Assembly: GCA_963733095.1 (NCBI GenBank)
Contig: CAVTBV010000009.1
Span: 32,001-96,000 of the forward strand
Reading direction: 5' to 3'
Length of the DNA: 64,000 bases
Source: Candidatus Bathyarchaeota archaeon
Lineage (GTDB): Archaea; Thermoproteota; Bathyarchaeia; Bathyarchaeales; Bathycorpusculaceae
The stretch's first letter is position 1. Each line of letters starts with the position of its first letter. The notes under the pieces were generated by a model. It had not been told where the DNA came from and did no database searches. It was given only the letters and a program-made list of their open reading frames with translations. The translations under genes and the position numbers were made by a program. Shown here in pieces: positions 1 to 9,601 of the stretch.

Positions 1-495
1 CTGAACGCATGCATAATGATACTGTGTTTGCCCCGAAGCTACATTCATAGAGCCACAAACCATTTCGGTGCTAACGCCAGTCCATGAGTACCCACTTGTC
101 CGCATGCTTGAAATCTTTCTCGGTAAAGAAACCATTGGGTTAACAGAATTGCGGTCAATATTAGCAGTGGAGTCCTTTGCTGGTGTGCTAATTGGCAGTT
201 TAGCTTGCTCTTCGGGAGTCAACGCATGCCCAAGCCATGTTGCACCTGTCTCTGAATCCCAACCCATGTTTAGCTTTCCTAACTCAGTAGTTATTTGGTC
301 ATTGCTTAATCCTTGTGTTCTAAACTCTTGTATCTTTAAAGTTACTGGGTCAACAAAGTTTTGCGGGGGCTGCCAAGAATCGATGCCTGAAGTTTGGTTA
401 TCTGTCTGCGCTGCCGTTGTAAGCGTCATCACAGAGAGCATCGAAAAGGCAAGAAGTATTGCAGTTAAACTATAAGCGCTTTTCTTCTTAATCAT
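1..495 (-). CDS. Secreted protein with N-terminal signal peptide; 3' end runs off the window
   Basis: Not in the ORF track. Manual translation from ATG at 495 gives MIKKKSAYSLTAILLAFSMLSVMTLTTAAQTDNQTSGIDSWQPPQNFVDP..., open to base 1; GAGGTGAT SD just upstream. Confidence 0.75.
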   Translation of the reverse strand, partial: MIKKKSAYSLTAILLAFSMLSVMTLTTAAQTDNQTSGIDSWQPPQNFVDPVTLKIQEFRTQGLSNDQITTELGKLNMGWDSETGATWLGHALTPEEQAKLPISTPAKDSTANIDRNSVNPMVSLPRKISSMRTSGYSWTGVSTEMVCGSMNVASGQTQYHYACVQ

Positions 496-551
496 ATTAT
501 CACCTCTCTTTGCGCTTTAGATGCTGATAATTAGTATTAACGTCTATAGTC

Positions 552-580
552 TAGGACAGGGTGTACTACCTGATAGGACA
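552..580 (-). promoter_or_regulatory. Putative operator: TGTCCTA-N15-TGTCCTA direct repeat with central GTAC
   Basis: TAGGACA at 552-558 and 574-580 on +; the same arrangement recurs at 2798-2825. Confidence 0.55.
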
Positions 581-622
581 CAGCGTTTCATTAGCAGGAG
601 AGCAAATTAACCAAAATTTTTT

Positions 623-1045
623 CTATAGTCCACCCTTACGCCACACTTTGATGGCTTCATAGCTAAAAATAGCAACAACTATTATGCTTGCAATTACTGC
701 GACGAGATAAAATTGGTCAATAACGAGCGGTTTAAGAGTGGTAAGCTCAGCTGCCAGAATAACAACTGCAAATAGCAGATAAAAGAAATATCTGGGAATC
801 AGAAAATGGCTAATTCTTATGCAGTTATCCAATGCAATCCTGTTAACTACATAGTTGCCGCATTCACGCTTAACTAAACCCAAACTTTCTAACCTAATGA
901 GGTGGTGCTGAGCTACCGAAGGACTACTGAGTTTCAGCGCTCGTGCAAGTTCCCTAACGCCAATGGGTTTATTAGCCTTTAACATAAAGCGGTAAATATC
1001 AAGTGCAGTTCCTTTCAGAACGTCGCTGGATTCTTTGTCACTCAA
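623..1045 (-). CDS. Winged-HTH transcriptional regulator with two C-terminal transmembrane helices
   Basis: GVRELARALKLSSPSVAQHHLIRLESLGLV HTH followed by two hydrophobic segments; likely TTG start at 1045 after a G-rich tract. Confidence 0.8.
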   Translation of the reverse strand: MSDKESSDVLKGTALDIYRFMLKANKPIGVRELARALKLSSPSVAQHHLIRLESLGLVKRECGNYVVNRIALDNCIRISHFLIPRYFFYLLFAVVILAAELTTLKPLVIDQFYLVAVIASIIVVAIFSYEAIKVWRKGGL

Positions 1046-1120
1046 AGTTCCCCCCCCCCCTCGAAATCTAAAGTGGTGACATAACATTTAAGCACTTTCT
1101 TTCTATTGGTCACTGCCATA

Positions 1121-1142
1121 AGTGTACAGCAATTAGTACACT
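1121..1142. promoter_or_regulatory. Inverted repeat AGTGTAC-N8-GTACACT in divergent promoter region
   Basis: Perfect 7-bp arms between the regulator and the 1197 gene. Confidence 0.5.
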
Positions 1143-1196
1143 CTTCCAAAAAATAGCATTAAAATAATAGCGTGTTTGTTTTAAGATAATTAGAGC

Positions 1197-1481
1197 TTGA
1201 AAAATGTGTTAGGATTAAAGACACAAATGGCGCTGGCAGCTATAGCGGCTATACTGTTAGGTCTTTTAGTAGTTGAAGTAGGCTATCTTCTCGCGCCCGC
1301 TAATTCAAACAATGGGATGCCTCTTCCAACGCCTGAGTCATCATTCATAAAAGAACTTATTATGGCGCTCCTCTGGATAGGCTTAGCCGCTCTAATTGCA
1401 TTTACAATAGTGGCTAGTGGAGTCCTTGTAAACCGAGTTATTCACAGGAAAGACCGTTTTGAGGAATTAGATGGCGACTGA
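1197..1481 (+). CDS. Small two-TM membrane protein
   Basis: 94-aa ORF with two hydrophobic helices and a charged C-terminal tail. Confidence 0.6.
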   Translation: MKNVLGLKTQMALAAIAAILLGLLVVEVGYLLAPANSNNGMPLPTPESSFIKELIMALLWIGLAALIAFTIVASGVLVNRVIHRKDRFEELDGD

Positions 1482-1535
1482 AAAGATAGAAAGTTTTCGA
1501 ATAAGTTTTTATTACCAATCGAAAACAGACCCTGA

Positions 1536-1920
1536 TTAGTGCTCAGTCCTTTTAAATCCTTGATTAGTTTTTAACGGTTCTCCCTTGTACGCCCATGCAA
1601 ACGGCTTAGCAGTTCTATCAAACTGCTCGATGGAAGCTAAAAGCTGACTAGTCAAATCAGGCACAGACTCAAAATCCTGCTTAGACAACAACTGCCTCGA
1701 CAAAATACAAAACCACAACTCAACTGATTAAGCCAAGACGCTTGAGTAGGAGTAAAATGGAAATGAACAGACTTATGTTTATCAACCCACTGCCTAATTT
1801 CCGCAGTCCTGTGAGCACTAAAATTATCCATAATAATATGCAAATCCTTGTTTTGACCCCTATCGTAGACGTCCTATAGAAAACCAAAAAAACTCCACAT
1901 GCGGATGCTTCTCCTCCTTC
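1536..1920 (-). mobile_element. IS630-family transposase remnant (C-terminal DDE part, frameshifted)
   Basis: HIIMDNFSAH...HFHFTPTQASWLNQ, then WF..LSRQLL...AKPFAW in another frame; typical IS630/Tc1 DDE motifs. Confidence 0.85.
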
Positions 1921-1984
1921 TTAGCAAACCTCACCTTCATGAACCTTCAAAGCAGCGTATAGCGCCAAAACGCCATGACGTTTC

Positions 1985-2521
1985 TAACCAAATTCTCTCC
2001 TCTCAACCTGACTACACCACAACGATTGTTAACTTGGGAAACACCTCACAGGAAGTATCGGGCGGTAGCCCAGCGAACGATCAGTATCTTGCTCAACTGC
2101 TAAGCAAACCAGAAGCAAAAGTCTGCGACTCAGTAACAATCCCGTAACCAGCCCTACCTGGAAATCTATCATCATCGGTCCAAACAACCGGCGATTTAAC
2201 GTTGACATTCAAAGGCTATAAAGAACTCACTGTACCTGCAGGCACCTATAAAATGTTTGAGGTAGATTTGACCAGCAACAACCTCGCCATGACCATTAAC
2301 ACACCATCGCCCTCGTTAAAAAATTTAAACGTTACAGCGCCAGTTGAGGCCTCAAACACAACCATGAACACGAACCTGAGTTACCAGATTTACTTTGAAT
2401 ATAACACCATGCACCAAATCCATTCTACGATGCAAGAAACAGCAACTTTCCAATCAACAACCATGAACTATACAATGACAAATTAAATGGATATGACGCT
2501 CAACCGCGATATCCAACCATA
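1985..2521 (+). pseudogene. 5'-truncated fragment of an exported protein gene with internal stops
   Basis: In-frame pieces separated by TAA; contains the ELTVPAGTYKMFEV motif; lies next to the IS630 relic. Confidence 0.5.
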
Positions 2522-2797
2522 AAAACCCTCACTTTCATTTTTTTGTGACTCCAACTTCGTAAAAGTCAGTCATTTCTGGTTTAAGTTCTCTAATCTTCTT
2601 TTGATGCACCATCACGATATTCATGGCACTACGGGTTCAAAGACAATTGGATCACAAGCTGAATTGGTCCGGTAAGCTATGATTGGGAAACATGGGTACA
2701 AAAATAGCGTAACAAATTAGGTCATTAAACCTTTTTTATTCTTCATCGATGATTTTTAAGATATGATTTTGCTTTAGCTTGATATGAGTTAATGACC

Positions 2798-2825
2798 TGT
2801 CCTACTTTGTGTACGCTTTGTCCTA
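2798..2825 (+). promoter_or_regulatory. Putative operator: TGTCCTA-N14-TGTCCTA direct repeat with central GTAC
   Basis: TGTCCTA at 2798-2804 and 2819-2825; matches the element upstream of the 1..495 gene in the same orientation relative to its gene. Confidence 0.55.
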
Positions 2826-2898
2826 AAGCATAGCGCTAAATCTCCATGCCCATTAACATAGAAACGCAAGATAAATAGTCTTGACGGAGATAAGAAAC

Positions 2899-3771
2899 AT
2901 GAAACCTAAAATTATGTCAATCGGAGCAATTTTGATTCTATGTTTGCTATCTATACCAGTACTTTCAATGGGAATACAAACTGCGAGTGCTACGAACTAT
3001 GGCGCTGGTGTCTTCTGCCCCAACAATTGGTCACCAGACCCGCCCCCTAACGGCGCTGGCGACACAGCCAATGAACTATCGTTAACACAACAAAGTTGTC
3101 AGTATATATACAACTATCTCGATGCCCATTACGATGGCACCTGCTATTTTTATTATGGCGACACTACTCCTCCTAATCCCCCTTCCAACCCTAGAGTTTA
3201 TCCGAGCACCTACTACAATACGCTTACCACCTTAGAGCAAAGCAATAACAAAGTTACAGTTTTTTCAAAAGGCCACTGTGTTCCTTGGGGGAATGGCGCT
3301 CACTATGAATTATTATGCACAGATAATCCTGATGTTGCAACTGACAACAGTATCTTTTTAGCCACCAATCAGGCAAAATGCCATTTTGACTTTATTTGGC
3401 ACTGCGGCACATCAAGAAGTTACCCTGTTGCATACCCATATTCAGATGCTTATGGATACATCGGAATGCCCTTAGCCTTTACACATCGCGTTGATATGAC
3501 TAAGTACGGCACTAGCGGTCCAGCTGTCTATGCAGGTTGGGATTGGACGTCACCTCAATTTGAGAATCGTATCCCCCAAAATACCAATTGGCAATGGGCT
3601 CAATTTGCTACAGCAGTCTTCTACTATATGCACAACAACCCTACTTGGAGTCTTGGAACTACTCTAAACTATTTGGCAACTACTATCTATGGATCCGCCA
3701 ACTTCCAAAGCTGCCCGCTTAACAACCAGTTGGTTGTATGGGGCAACATGAACATGGTACTATCATATTAG
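2899..3771 (+). CDS. Secreted protein, possible clan CD (caspase/gingipain-fold) cysteine peptidase
   Basis: Signal peptide; VTVFSKGH and FDFIWHC resemble the strand-His and strand-Cys dyad motifs. The CDS is confident; the function is inferred. Confidence 0.6.
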   Translation: MKPKIMSIGAILILCLLSIPVLSMGIQTASATNYGAGVFCPNNWSPDPPPNGAGDTANELSLTQQSCQYIYNYLDAHYDGTCYFYYGDTTPPNPPSNPRVYPSTYYNTLTTLEQSNNKVTVFSKGHCVPWGNGAHYELLCTDNPDVATDNSIFLATNQAKCHFDFIWHCGTSRSYPVAYPYSDAYGYIGMPLAFTHRVDMTKYGTSGPAVYAGWDWTSPQFENRIPQNTNWQWAQFATAVFYYMHNNPTWSLGTTLNYLATTIYGSANFQSCPLNNQLVVWGNMNMVLSY

Positions 3772-3786
3772 GAGTGAAAATAAAAA

Positions 3787-4923
3787 ATGAAACAACTAAA
3801 CAAAGTAATATGTGCGATCTTTATACTATCAATCATAACAATGCTTGGCGGAGTTTCTTTGGTGCACTCGTCAGTCTCAACAGCTCAAGATAAAGCATTA
3901 GCCTTCATAAAAAACGTGCTACCGTTTGATACTACGCAATATAATATAACACTTCGGAATTATGATGTGCCAAAACTACCTGACCTTGGTTCGACTCAAC
4001 CTATCAATGGCCAACAAGAAGTTCTAACGTACTCTTTGGAATCAAAAGATAGCGCTGTGGATGTGATTTGCACTATACAAAATAATGCTGTATCTATGGT
4101 GGCCGCATATGTTGTTAAAGGAAATGCCATTAGCGACCAATCATACAATAATGTAGTCGATGCCGCCAAGGGTTTTCTACAGAAATACCAAGCCTACTCT
4201 GGGATGGACTCAAAAAACATGATCTCCATGCTGTCAAATGTCTATTCAATCAACAATGCAACTGTCACATCTGACAACCTTGAGCTTAATATAACCCACA
4301 TTGATGCAACTGGCACCTTCTTTGGTGACTCAATTGACTATCGTTGGGTACAAACTTTCAATGGATGCGAGTATCTATCATTAGACGTTAGCTTCAAAGA
4401 CGGCGTATTCTCAGGCCTAATCGACGGTCGAGCCGTGAATTCAATAGGCGATACGAGCGTAAACATTTCTAAAGAACAAGCCATAAAAATTGCAATGAAT
4501 GCAATACAGAACTACTCATATCGCATGTCAGATGACTGGGTTGTAACGGGGTTCAATGTCACTCAGAATAAAGCAGTTACAGTCTTACACCCGCTGGCAA
4601 AAGAAGCCAATGTCTTGTACCCCATTTGGACTGTCACCCTACCCCTTAACGGAACATATCCTGGTAGTGTCACAGAACTCTTAGTCGAAGTCTGGGCTGG
4701 TACAGGAGAAGTACATCTCGTACAACACCAAGCTTACGGCGGAGCTGACCTTCCTCCAGTTGACAGTGCAGACTCTGGATTACCAACGACATCACCATCA
4801 TCTCAATTGACCAATACCAATGAGGCACCACTGAACCTCGGCATAGTAGCTATACTATCGGTCATAGTAGTCGTAATTGTAGTAGCAACAATTACATTGA
4901 TAGTCAAAAAAAGAAGTAAATAG
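3787..4923 (+). CDS. Exported, C-terminally membrane-anchored protein with a PepSY-like segment
   Basis: Signal peptide; NISKEQAIKIA...LYPIWTV...VEVWAGTGEV; Ser/Thr/Pro linker, TM helix and KKRSK tail; GGAGTGA SD. Confidence 0.7.
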   Translation: MKQLNKVICAIFILSIITMLGGVSLVHSSVSTAQDKALAFIKNVLPFDTTQYNITLRNYDVPKLPDLGSTQPINGQQEVLTYSLESKDSAVDVICTIQNNAVSMVAAYVVKGNAISDQSYNNVVDAAKGFLQKYQAYSGMDSKNMISMLSNVYSINNATVTSDNLELNITHIDATGTFFGDSIDYRWVQTFNGCEYLSLDVSFKDGVFSGLIDGRAVNSIGDTSVNISKEQAIKIAMNAIQNYSYRMSDDWVVTGFNVTQNKAVTVLHPLAKEANVLYPIWTVTLPLNGTYPGSVTELLVEVWAGTGEVHLVQHQAYGGADLPPVDSADSGLPTTSPSSQLTNTNEAPLNLGIVAILSVIVVVIVVATITLIVKKRSK

Positions 4924-4930
4924 AACTCCA

Positions 4931-4946
4931 TTTTCTTTTCTTTTTT
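4931..4946 (+). terminator. Oligo-T archaeal terminator
   Basis: TTTTCTTTTCTTTTTT directly after the stop codon. Confidence 0.55.
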
Positions 4947-5271
4947 AAAATTTTCAACGGAAACTTCACTAACTTATGTTGTAGTCACTGAGTCGTGAAA
5001 TTGGCAAAAACTTTTATGCTATCTCTATTGATGTAGAAGCGGTTAAGGGTTAGCTTTTAGAAGTTAGTAACCCCTTTCGAAAAACATCATCCGATCCTTA
5101 ATCATGGCACCTCCAGCCCAAGGCGTGCCATCACCTTCTATTTGCATTTATCAACACTGATTAAGTCAGCAAATAAAGAACTATTGCAAAGCAAGCAAAA
5201 AATTACTAAAGGCGTGATTGAATTGCCTAAGCGATTTCTGAGTTTAAGTTCCGACCCCTTTTAGGGGCTAG

Positions 5272-5303
5272 TCCCAGCGGGCCCGCCACCCCAGTGCGAA
5301 TTT
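5272..5303 (+). repeat. tRNA 3'-end relic (att-like), copy A
   Basis: TCCCAGCGGGCCCGCCA = T-stem 3' arm + acceptor strand + CCA, followed by CCCC...CGAATTT shared with 8002-8032. Confidence 0.6.
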
Positions 5304-5512
5304 GTACTTCTCAGTTATGAGCTAAAAAGAGAAGAAGTCGGTACCTCAACTCAAAAGAACCACGATATCCTGCGAAAGATATAGTGTGTTGCAGCAAAGC
5401 ACAAGGGAATGCAAATGATTTCAAAGCGTGCGCCAAGGACGTCCTTGAGAAGGGAAGCAGTTAGTTTTCTTGAGAAATGGGACGAAATTTAGTCACTATT
5501 ATAAAAAACGTT

Positions 5513-6118
5513 CTATCTTGTGTTTTCTTTCTCTATTTTTTCAAATAATTTAATAAACATTTGCTCAGGCTGCGCACCTACAATTGTGTATTCATCATTT
5601 ATGACAAATGTGGGAACACCAGTAACATTGCGTTCTCTTGCTTCAAGACAATTATTAGCATATATCTTTTCAAGCAAAGGGTCTATCAACGCTCTTTCAA
5701 CATCCTGTTTTGTCAAACCAATTTTCTTCGCTACTTCAACTACGACCTCTTCTTTTCCGATGTCAAGACAGTCTTCAAAATAGGCTTTGAATATTGCATC
5801 TGTAAATTCCTCGTTTTTCCCAATTTTTCTTGAATATTCACCTACAATCAGAGCTTTTCTAGAATTAGGCAGTATTCTAACATCACAAAAATTCAGACCG
5901 TATTCTTTGCCCCTACTTCTCAAATGTTCGTACATTTCATTTGTTTTGGAGATGTATTTTCTTAAATCGACTCCACTGATGGGAGTTTCTGGATGGATTT
6001 CAATTCCAACGTGTTCAATTTCAATATCAAATCGATTCTCAAGGTTGTCAATAATTGCTTTGCCAAGATAACAGAAAGGGCAAATGTAATCTGAAAACAT
6101 CTTAACTTTTATTTTCAT
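5513..6118 (-). CDS. DsbA/FrnE-family oxidoreductase
   Basis: FSDYICPFCY and GVPTFVIN...GAQP motifs; likely start MKIKVK. Confidence 0.9.
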   Translation of the reverse strand: MKIKVKMFSDYICPFCYLGKAIIDNLENRFDIEIEHVGIEIHPETPISGVDLRKYISKTNEMYEHLRSRGKEYGLNFCDVRILPNSRKALIVGEYSRKIGKNEEFTDAIFKAYFEDCLDIGKEEVVVEVAKKIGLTKQDVERALIDPLLEKIYANNCLEARERNVTGVPTFVINDEYTIVGAQPEQMFIKLFEKIEKENTR

Positions 6119-6232
6119 CCAATCACCGCAGTGAATATCTATTTCATGTTCTTCCATAATAATAATTATTTTTTTAAAATTATGGAATATCAGGACAAGT
6201 TAGCAAGCCATTGTCCTTATCGAGCTGGGTTT

Positions 6233-7670
6233 TCAGATGGGTTTCTTACCGATAATTGGTTTGCCTCGAACTAGAGAAGTAATAACGCCTGCTGCCGATA
6301 TGATGGCAGCAATGACAAATGCCCTCTGCATTGCTTCAACAAACCCTTCAGTTGCCACCCCTAAGGTTGATGGGTTAACGCCCACGAAAAGAGCAGAAAG
6401 CATGCTACTAGATATGAAAGTGGCAAAAATCGCACTCATCAAGGCTAGGCTCAGTGACTGCCCCAAAAACCGCATCGTTGCCAATGTTCCAGACGCTATA
6501 CCAAGCCGACTTTTCTCAACAGACCCCATTACAGCACTAGTGTTAGGAGAAGAGAAAAGCCCCATTCCAAACCCGATGATAAACAACCTGAGAGCAACAT
6601 CAACCGACGAAGAACTAAGACTCAAAGTGCTCATCAACAAAAGCCCCACACATATCACAGCCATACCTGAGGACGCCAATGTACGTGACCCAATCCTATC
6701 GGAAAGCCAACCGCTTACGGGCGATAAAACCGCCATTGTAACCGGCATAATGAACAATATAACCCCTGCCTGCAAAGGAGAATAGCCCAAAGCACGCTGA
6801 AGGTAGAAAGATATGAAAAAGCTTACACCGAAAAAATGAGGTATAGTTCAACAGCGCAGAGGTATTAGCCGCTGAAAACAATCTGTTGTGGGAAAACAGC
6901 GAGACATCCAGCATGGCTTCGTCTCCTCTGCTTCTCTCGAAAAATACGAACATAACTAAGAAAACACTTCCAGCAATCAAAAGACTAACTGTCAAAAATG
7001 AGCTCCACCCGTAAATCCCGCCCACTGTTAAGGCGAGAAGAAGAGGAACAATCCCAAACGAAAAAGATAAGGCACCAATCAAATCAAATCGTTTTTGACT
7101 CACTACTGGAGGCTCACGCATCTTCCAAAGGGACATAACTATCACGAATAGCCCTATCGGAATATTGATGTAGAAGATCGTGCGCCAACCGACTGCACCA
7201 GTTAGAAAACCACCCAAACTTGGACCAACCGCAAGTCCCACATAGACCGCCATGGCGTTTATTCCAAGAGCTTTCCCTCTTTCTTTACCAGGAAACAGGT
7301 CAGTGACTATCGCAGGTGAAGTGGACGCCATAAAAGCAGCTCCAGCACCCTGAATAATCCTAAAGACTATCAGTTGCAGTCCACTAGTTGAAATACTGCA
7401 AAGGAAAGAGGCCAATGTGAATATGGCAAATCCAGAAATGAAAAAGGGCTTTCTTCCTCTCATATCTGAAAGCCTTCCTATACTCAGCAACATAACCGTG
7501 AGGGCTGCTAAGTAAGCTGTGGGCACCCAGATTGCCATTGCATAATCCATGTTTAAACTTGAGGTTATTGAAGGAAGAGAAACGCTGACTATAGAGCTAT
7601 CAAGAGGAGACATAAAGGAGCCTATTGAAGTCATCATCAAAATAATCCATCGATAGGAACTCGTGCTCAT
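6233..7670 (-). pseudogene. DHA2 (EmrB/QacA) MFS efflux transporter, split by one frameshift near 6831-6836
   Basis: LDSSIVSVSLP and GRLSDMRGRK motifs; removing one T from a T6 run joins the two ORFs (NYTSFFGVSFFISFYLQRALGYSPLQAG). Confidence 0.85.
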
Positions 7671-7924
7671 TTCTAAGCTCCAAACGTTAAATGGGACACG
7701 ATATGCAGTCCAGAAATATTAGCTTTCAGTGTGTAACTTTGAAAAAGTTCAGGTGTGGACTTTTCGAAAAATGAATCAAAATCGTATATCGCACTCGCTA
7801 TCAAAAAAAAACCCAGATGCACAGGAAAAAACCATTTTTGATCCATCAAGAACTGGGCGTGTTTTACGAATTAGTAGTTGACTCCAAAAGAAAAAAAGAG
7901 AATCGTGAGTGAATATCTCAACTT

Positions 7925-7952
7925 GTCCTAGGGTTCAAAACCCAGCGACCCC
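7925..7952 (+). repeat. tRNA T-arm/acceptor relic
   Basis: GTCCTAGGGTTCAAAACCCAGCGACCCC resembles GTCCTGGGTTCAAATCCCAG plus an acceptor strand; no 5' half upstream. Confidence 0.6.
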
Positions 7953-8001
7953 CTATTCGTTTGCGGTTAAAATAAAGGATTCGCTTAACAGTTTAAACGC
8001 A

Positions 8002-8032
8002 TCCTAGCGGGTCCACCACCCCGAACGAATTT
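8002..8032 (+). repeat. tRNA 3'-end relic (att-like), copy B
   Basis: TCCTAGCGGGTCCACCACCCCGAACGAATTT, an imperfect direct repeat of 5272-5303. Confidence 0.55.
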
Positions 8033-8445
8033 AATCTGCACTCAAACCTTTCTTTTTCTTTTTTCAGATTGACGTTCGAGGGACAGGTAGAAAGTATAAA
8101 AAAAATGTTTTTGTTCCAATATGCAAATCGCTAATTTCATTTGTGTATAGTGCTTTGTCTTGGTGCTTAAATTGAGGCTTGTTTTGGAGTTGTGTTAATT
8201 GAAGGTAGTTTTGAGGAGTTCTAAAAAGGGGAGTCAAGGTGGCTTTCATGTTGGTAGTGTTCCTTTGAACAGATTGACACAGGTAGCTTCTGGGCGGCAA
8301 CGCTTTTGGAAGCATGAAGGTGACTGTTTGGTTATTCAATCTTCTTGAGCGAACGCTTGTGTGCAAGACTTAACAAACTTCAAATGTTCTGGCTAGAAAA
8401 AGAGTTTTAAATATAATCTCTATATTTAGGGCACGGAGAAACATA

Positions 8446-8733
8446 ATGACAATTCATATACGGCGCGTCTTAATTGAGGCTCTAAAAGCACGAGAAACCT
8501 CTCTTGTGGAACTATCACAGGCAATTTGTGCTGTAAACGGCGTTGAAGAATGCGATATCGTAGTAACTGATGTTGACGCAAAAACAGAGACAATAAAACT
8601 CACTGTTAGAGGTGCCAACATTGAGTATAGCGGAATTGTGAGTACTTTACAGGAAAACGGTGTTTCAGTTAAAGGTGTGGATGAAGTTAACGTATCAAAG
8701 GTAAAGCAGATTTCACAAAGACCAACGCTTTGA
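8446..8733 (+). CDS. DUF211-family protein
   Basis: IRRVLIEALK...ICAVNGVE...SVKGVDEV pattern; adjacent to a VIT1/CCC1 gene as is usual for this family. Confidence 0.8.
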   Translation: MTIHIRRVLIEALKARETSLVELSQAICAVNGVEECDIVVTDVDAKTETIKLTVRGANIEYSGIVSTLQENGVSVKGVDEVNVSKVKQISQRPTL

Positions 8734-8740
8734 TCGCTAC

Positions 8741-9331
8741 TCAAATGAGTAAGTTTAAAAGAAAACCTACCACGAAAGCAAGTACTCCAAAGGCTACCAT
8801 CCTTAACCCTTTTTTATAAGGATTTGTTTTTCCGATTCGTCCCATGTAAACACCTGCACCAAATAATGTGCCCAAGGCGAGCGCTACAGAAATCCAACCA
8901 GCTATGTCAAGAGGCAATATTCCTATAACGACAAGTATAAAGGGTGTGATCGTTACAGCGCATGAGAACATGGGTGTTGCAAAGTTGATTAACGTGGCGA
9001 TTATTATAGTATATTTGGCGGTTTTTTGGATGCTTGTATCTTTTAGATTAGTAAAAAGTGCCTTTTCGAGATCCGCGATTTTACTTTCTTGTTCTAAGCT
9101 CTCTGCTTCATAGACACTTACACCTGTTGATATGCCCAAGGCAAGACTTGTTGTTAGCATAGTTGGTATGATTATATTCAAGCCAGCTGCTGCACCTGCG
9201 AACGCTGAACCAACGACTATTCCAAGTAGCATGAAAGTAGAGTCAAATATTGTGTTAATAAAGAACCTGCGAATTATAGGACCAACGCTTTCATGTTTAA
9301 GCGTTTCTCGTAAAATTTTCAACTGCTGCAT
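8741..9331 (-). CDS. VIT1/CCC1-family membrane protein
   Basis: RRFFINTIFDSTF...SVYEAESLE...LEKAL; five TM segments. Confidence 0.85.
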   Translation of the reverse strand: MQQLKILRETLKHESVGPIIRRFFINTIFDSTFMLLGIVVGSAFAGAAAGLNIIIPTMLTTSLALGISTGVSVYEAESLEQESKIADLEKALFTNLKDTSIQKTAKYTIIIATLINFATPMFSCAVTITPFILVVIGILPLDIAGWISVALALGTLFGAGVYMGRIGKTNPYKKGLRMVAFGVLAFVVGFLLNLLI

Positions 9332-9601
9332 TTTTTTCGTTAGTAACCAAGTTTAACGAAGTAATAAGTGCTCTGCTTAGTTTACGTTTCTTGTTGTTCT
9401 CCCAACATCAAAACACTCATTGACATAAGCAGGTCTACCTTCCGTAGGGCTGAGATTCTGACAGAATGGAAATAAAGCTGCATAGAAATACAGAATAACC
9501 AAAACCTGGTTCTTTCCCCACTGAAAAGACATCAATGTCAGGTAGTCTTTCTCCGAATTGGCGTAAGATAATAATGATTTTATAAACTCAGGAATAATAC
9601 T

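Noticed and set aside
68-475. 135-aa plus-strand ORF in the track
   Set aside because: Shadow of the minus-strand secreted-protein gene, which has an SD and a signal peptide.
8064-8366. 100-aa minus-strand ORF with faint cupredoxin-like C-terminal spacing
   Set aside because: Metal ligands are absent and there is no SD; at most a relic.
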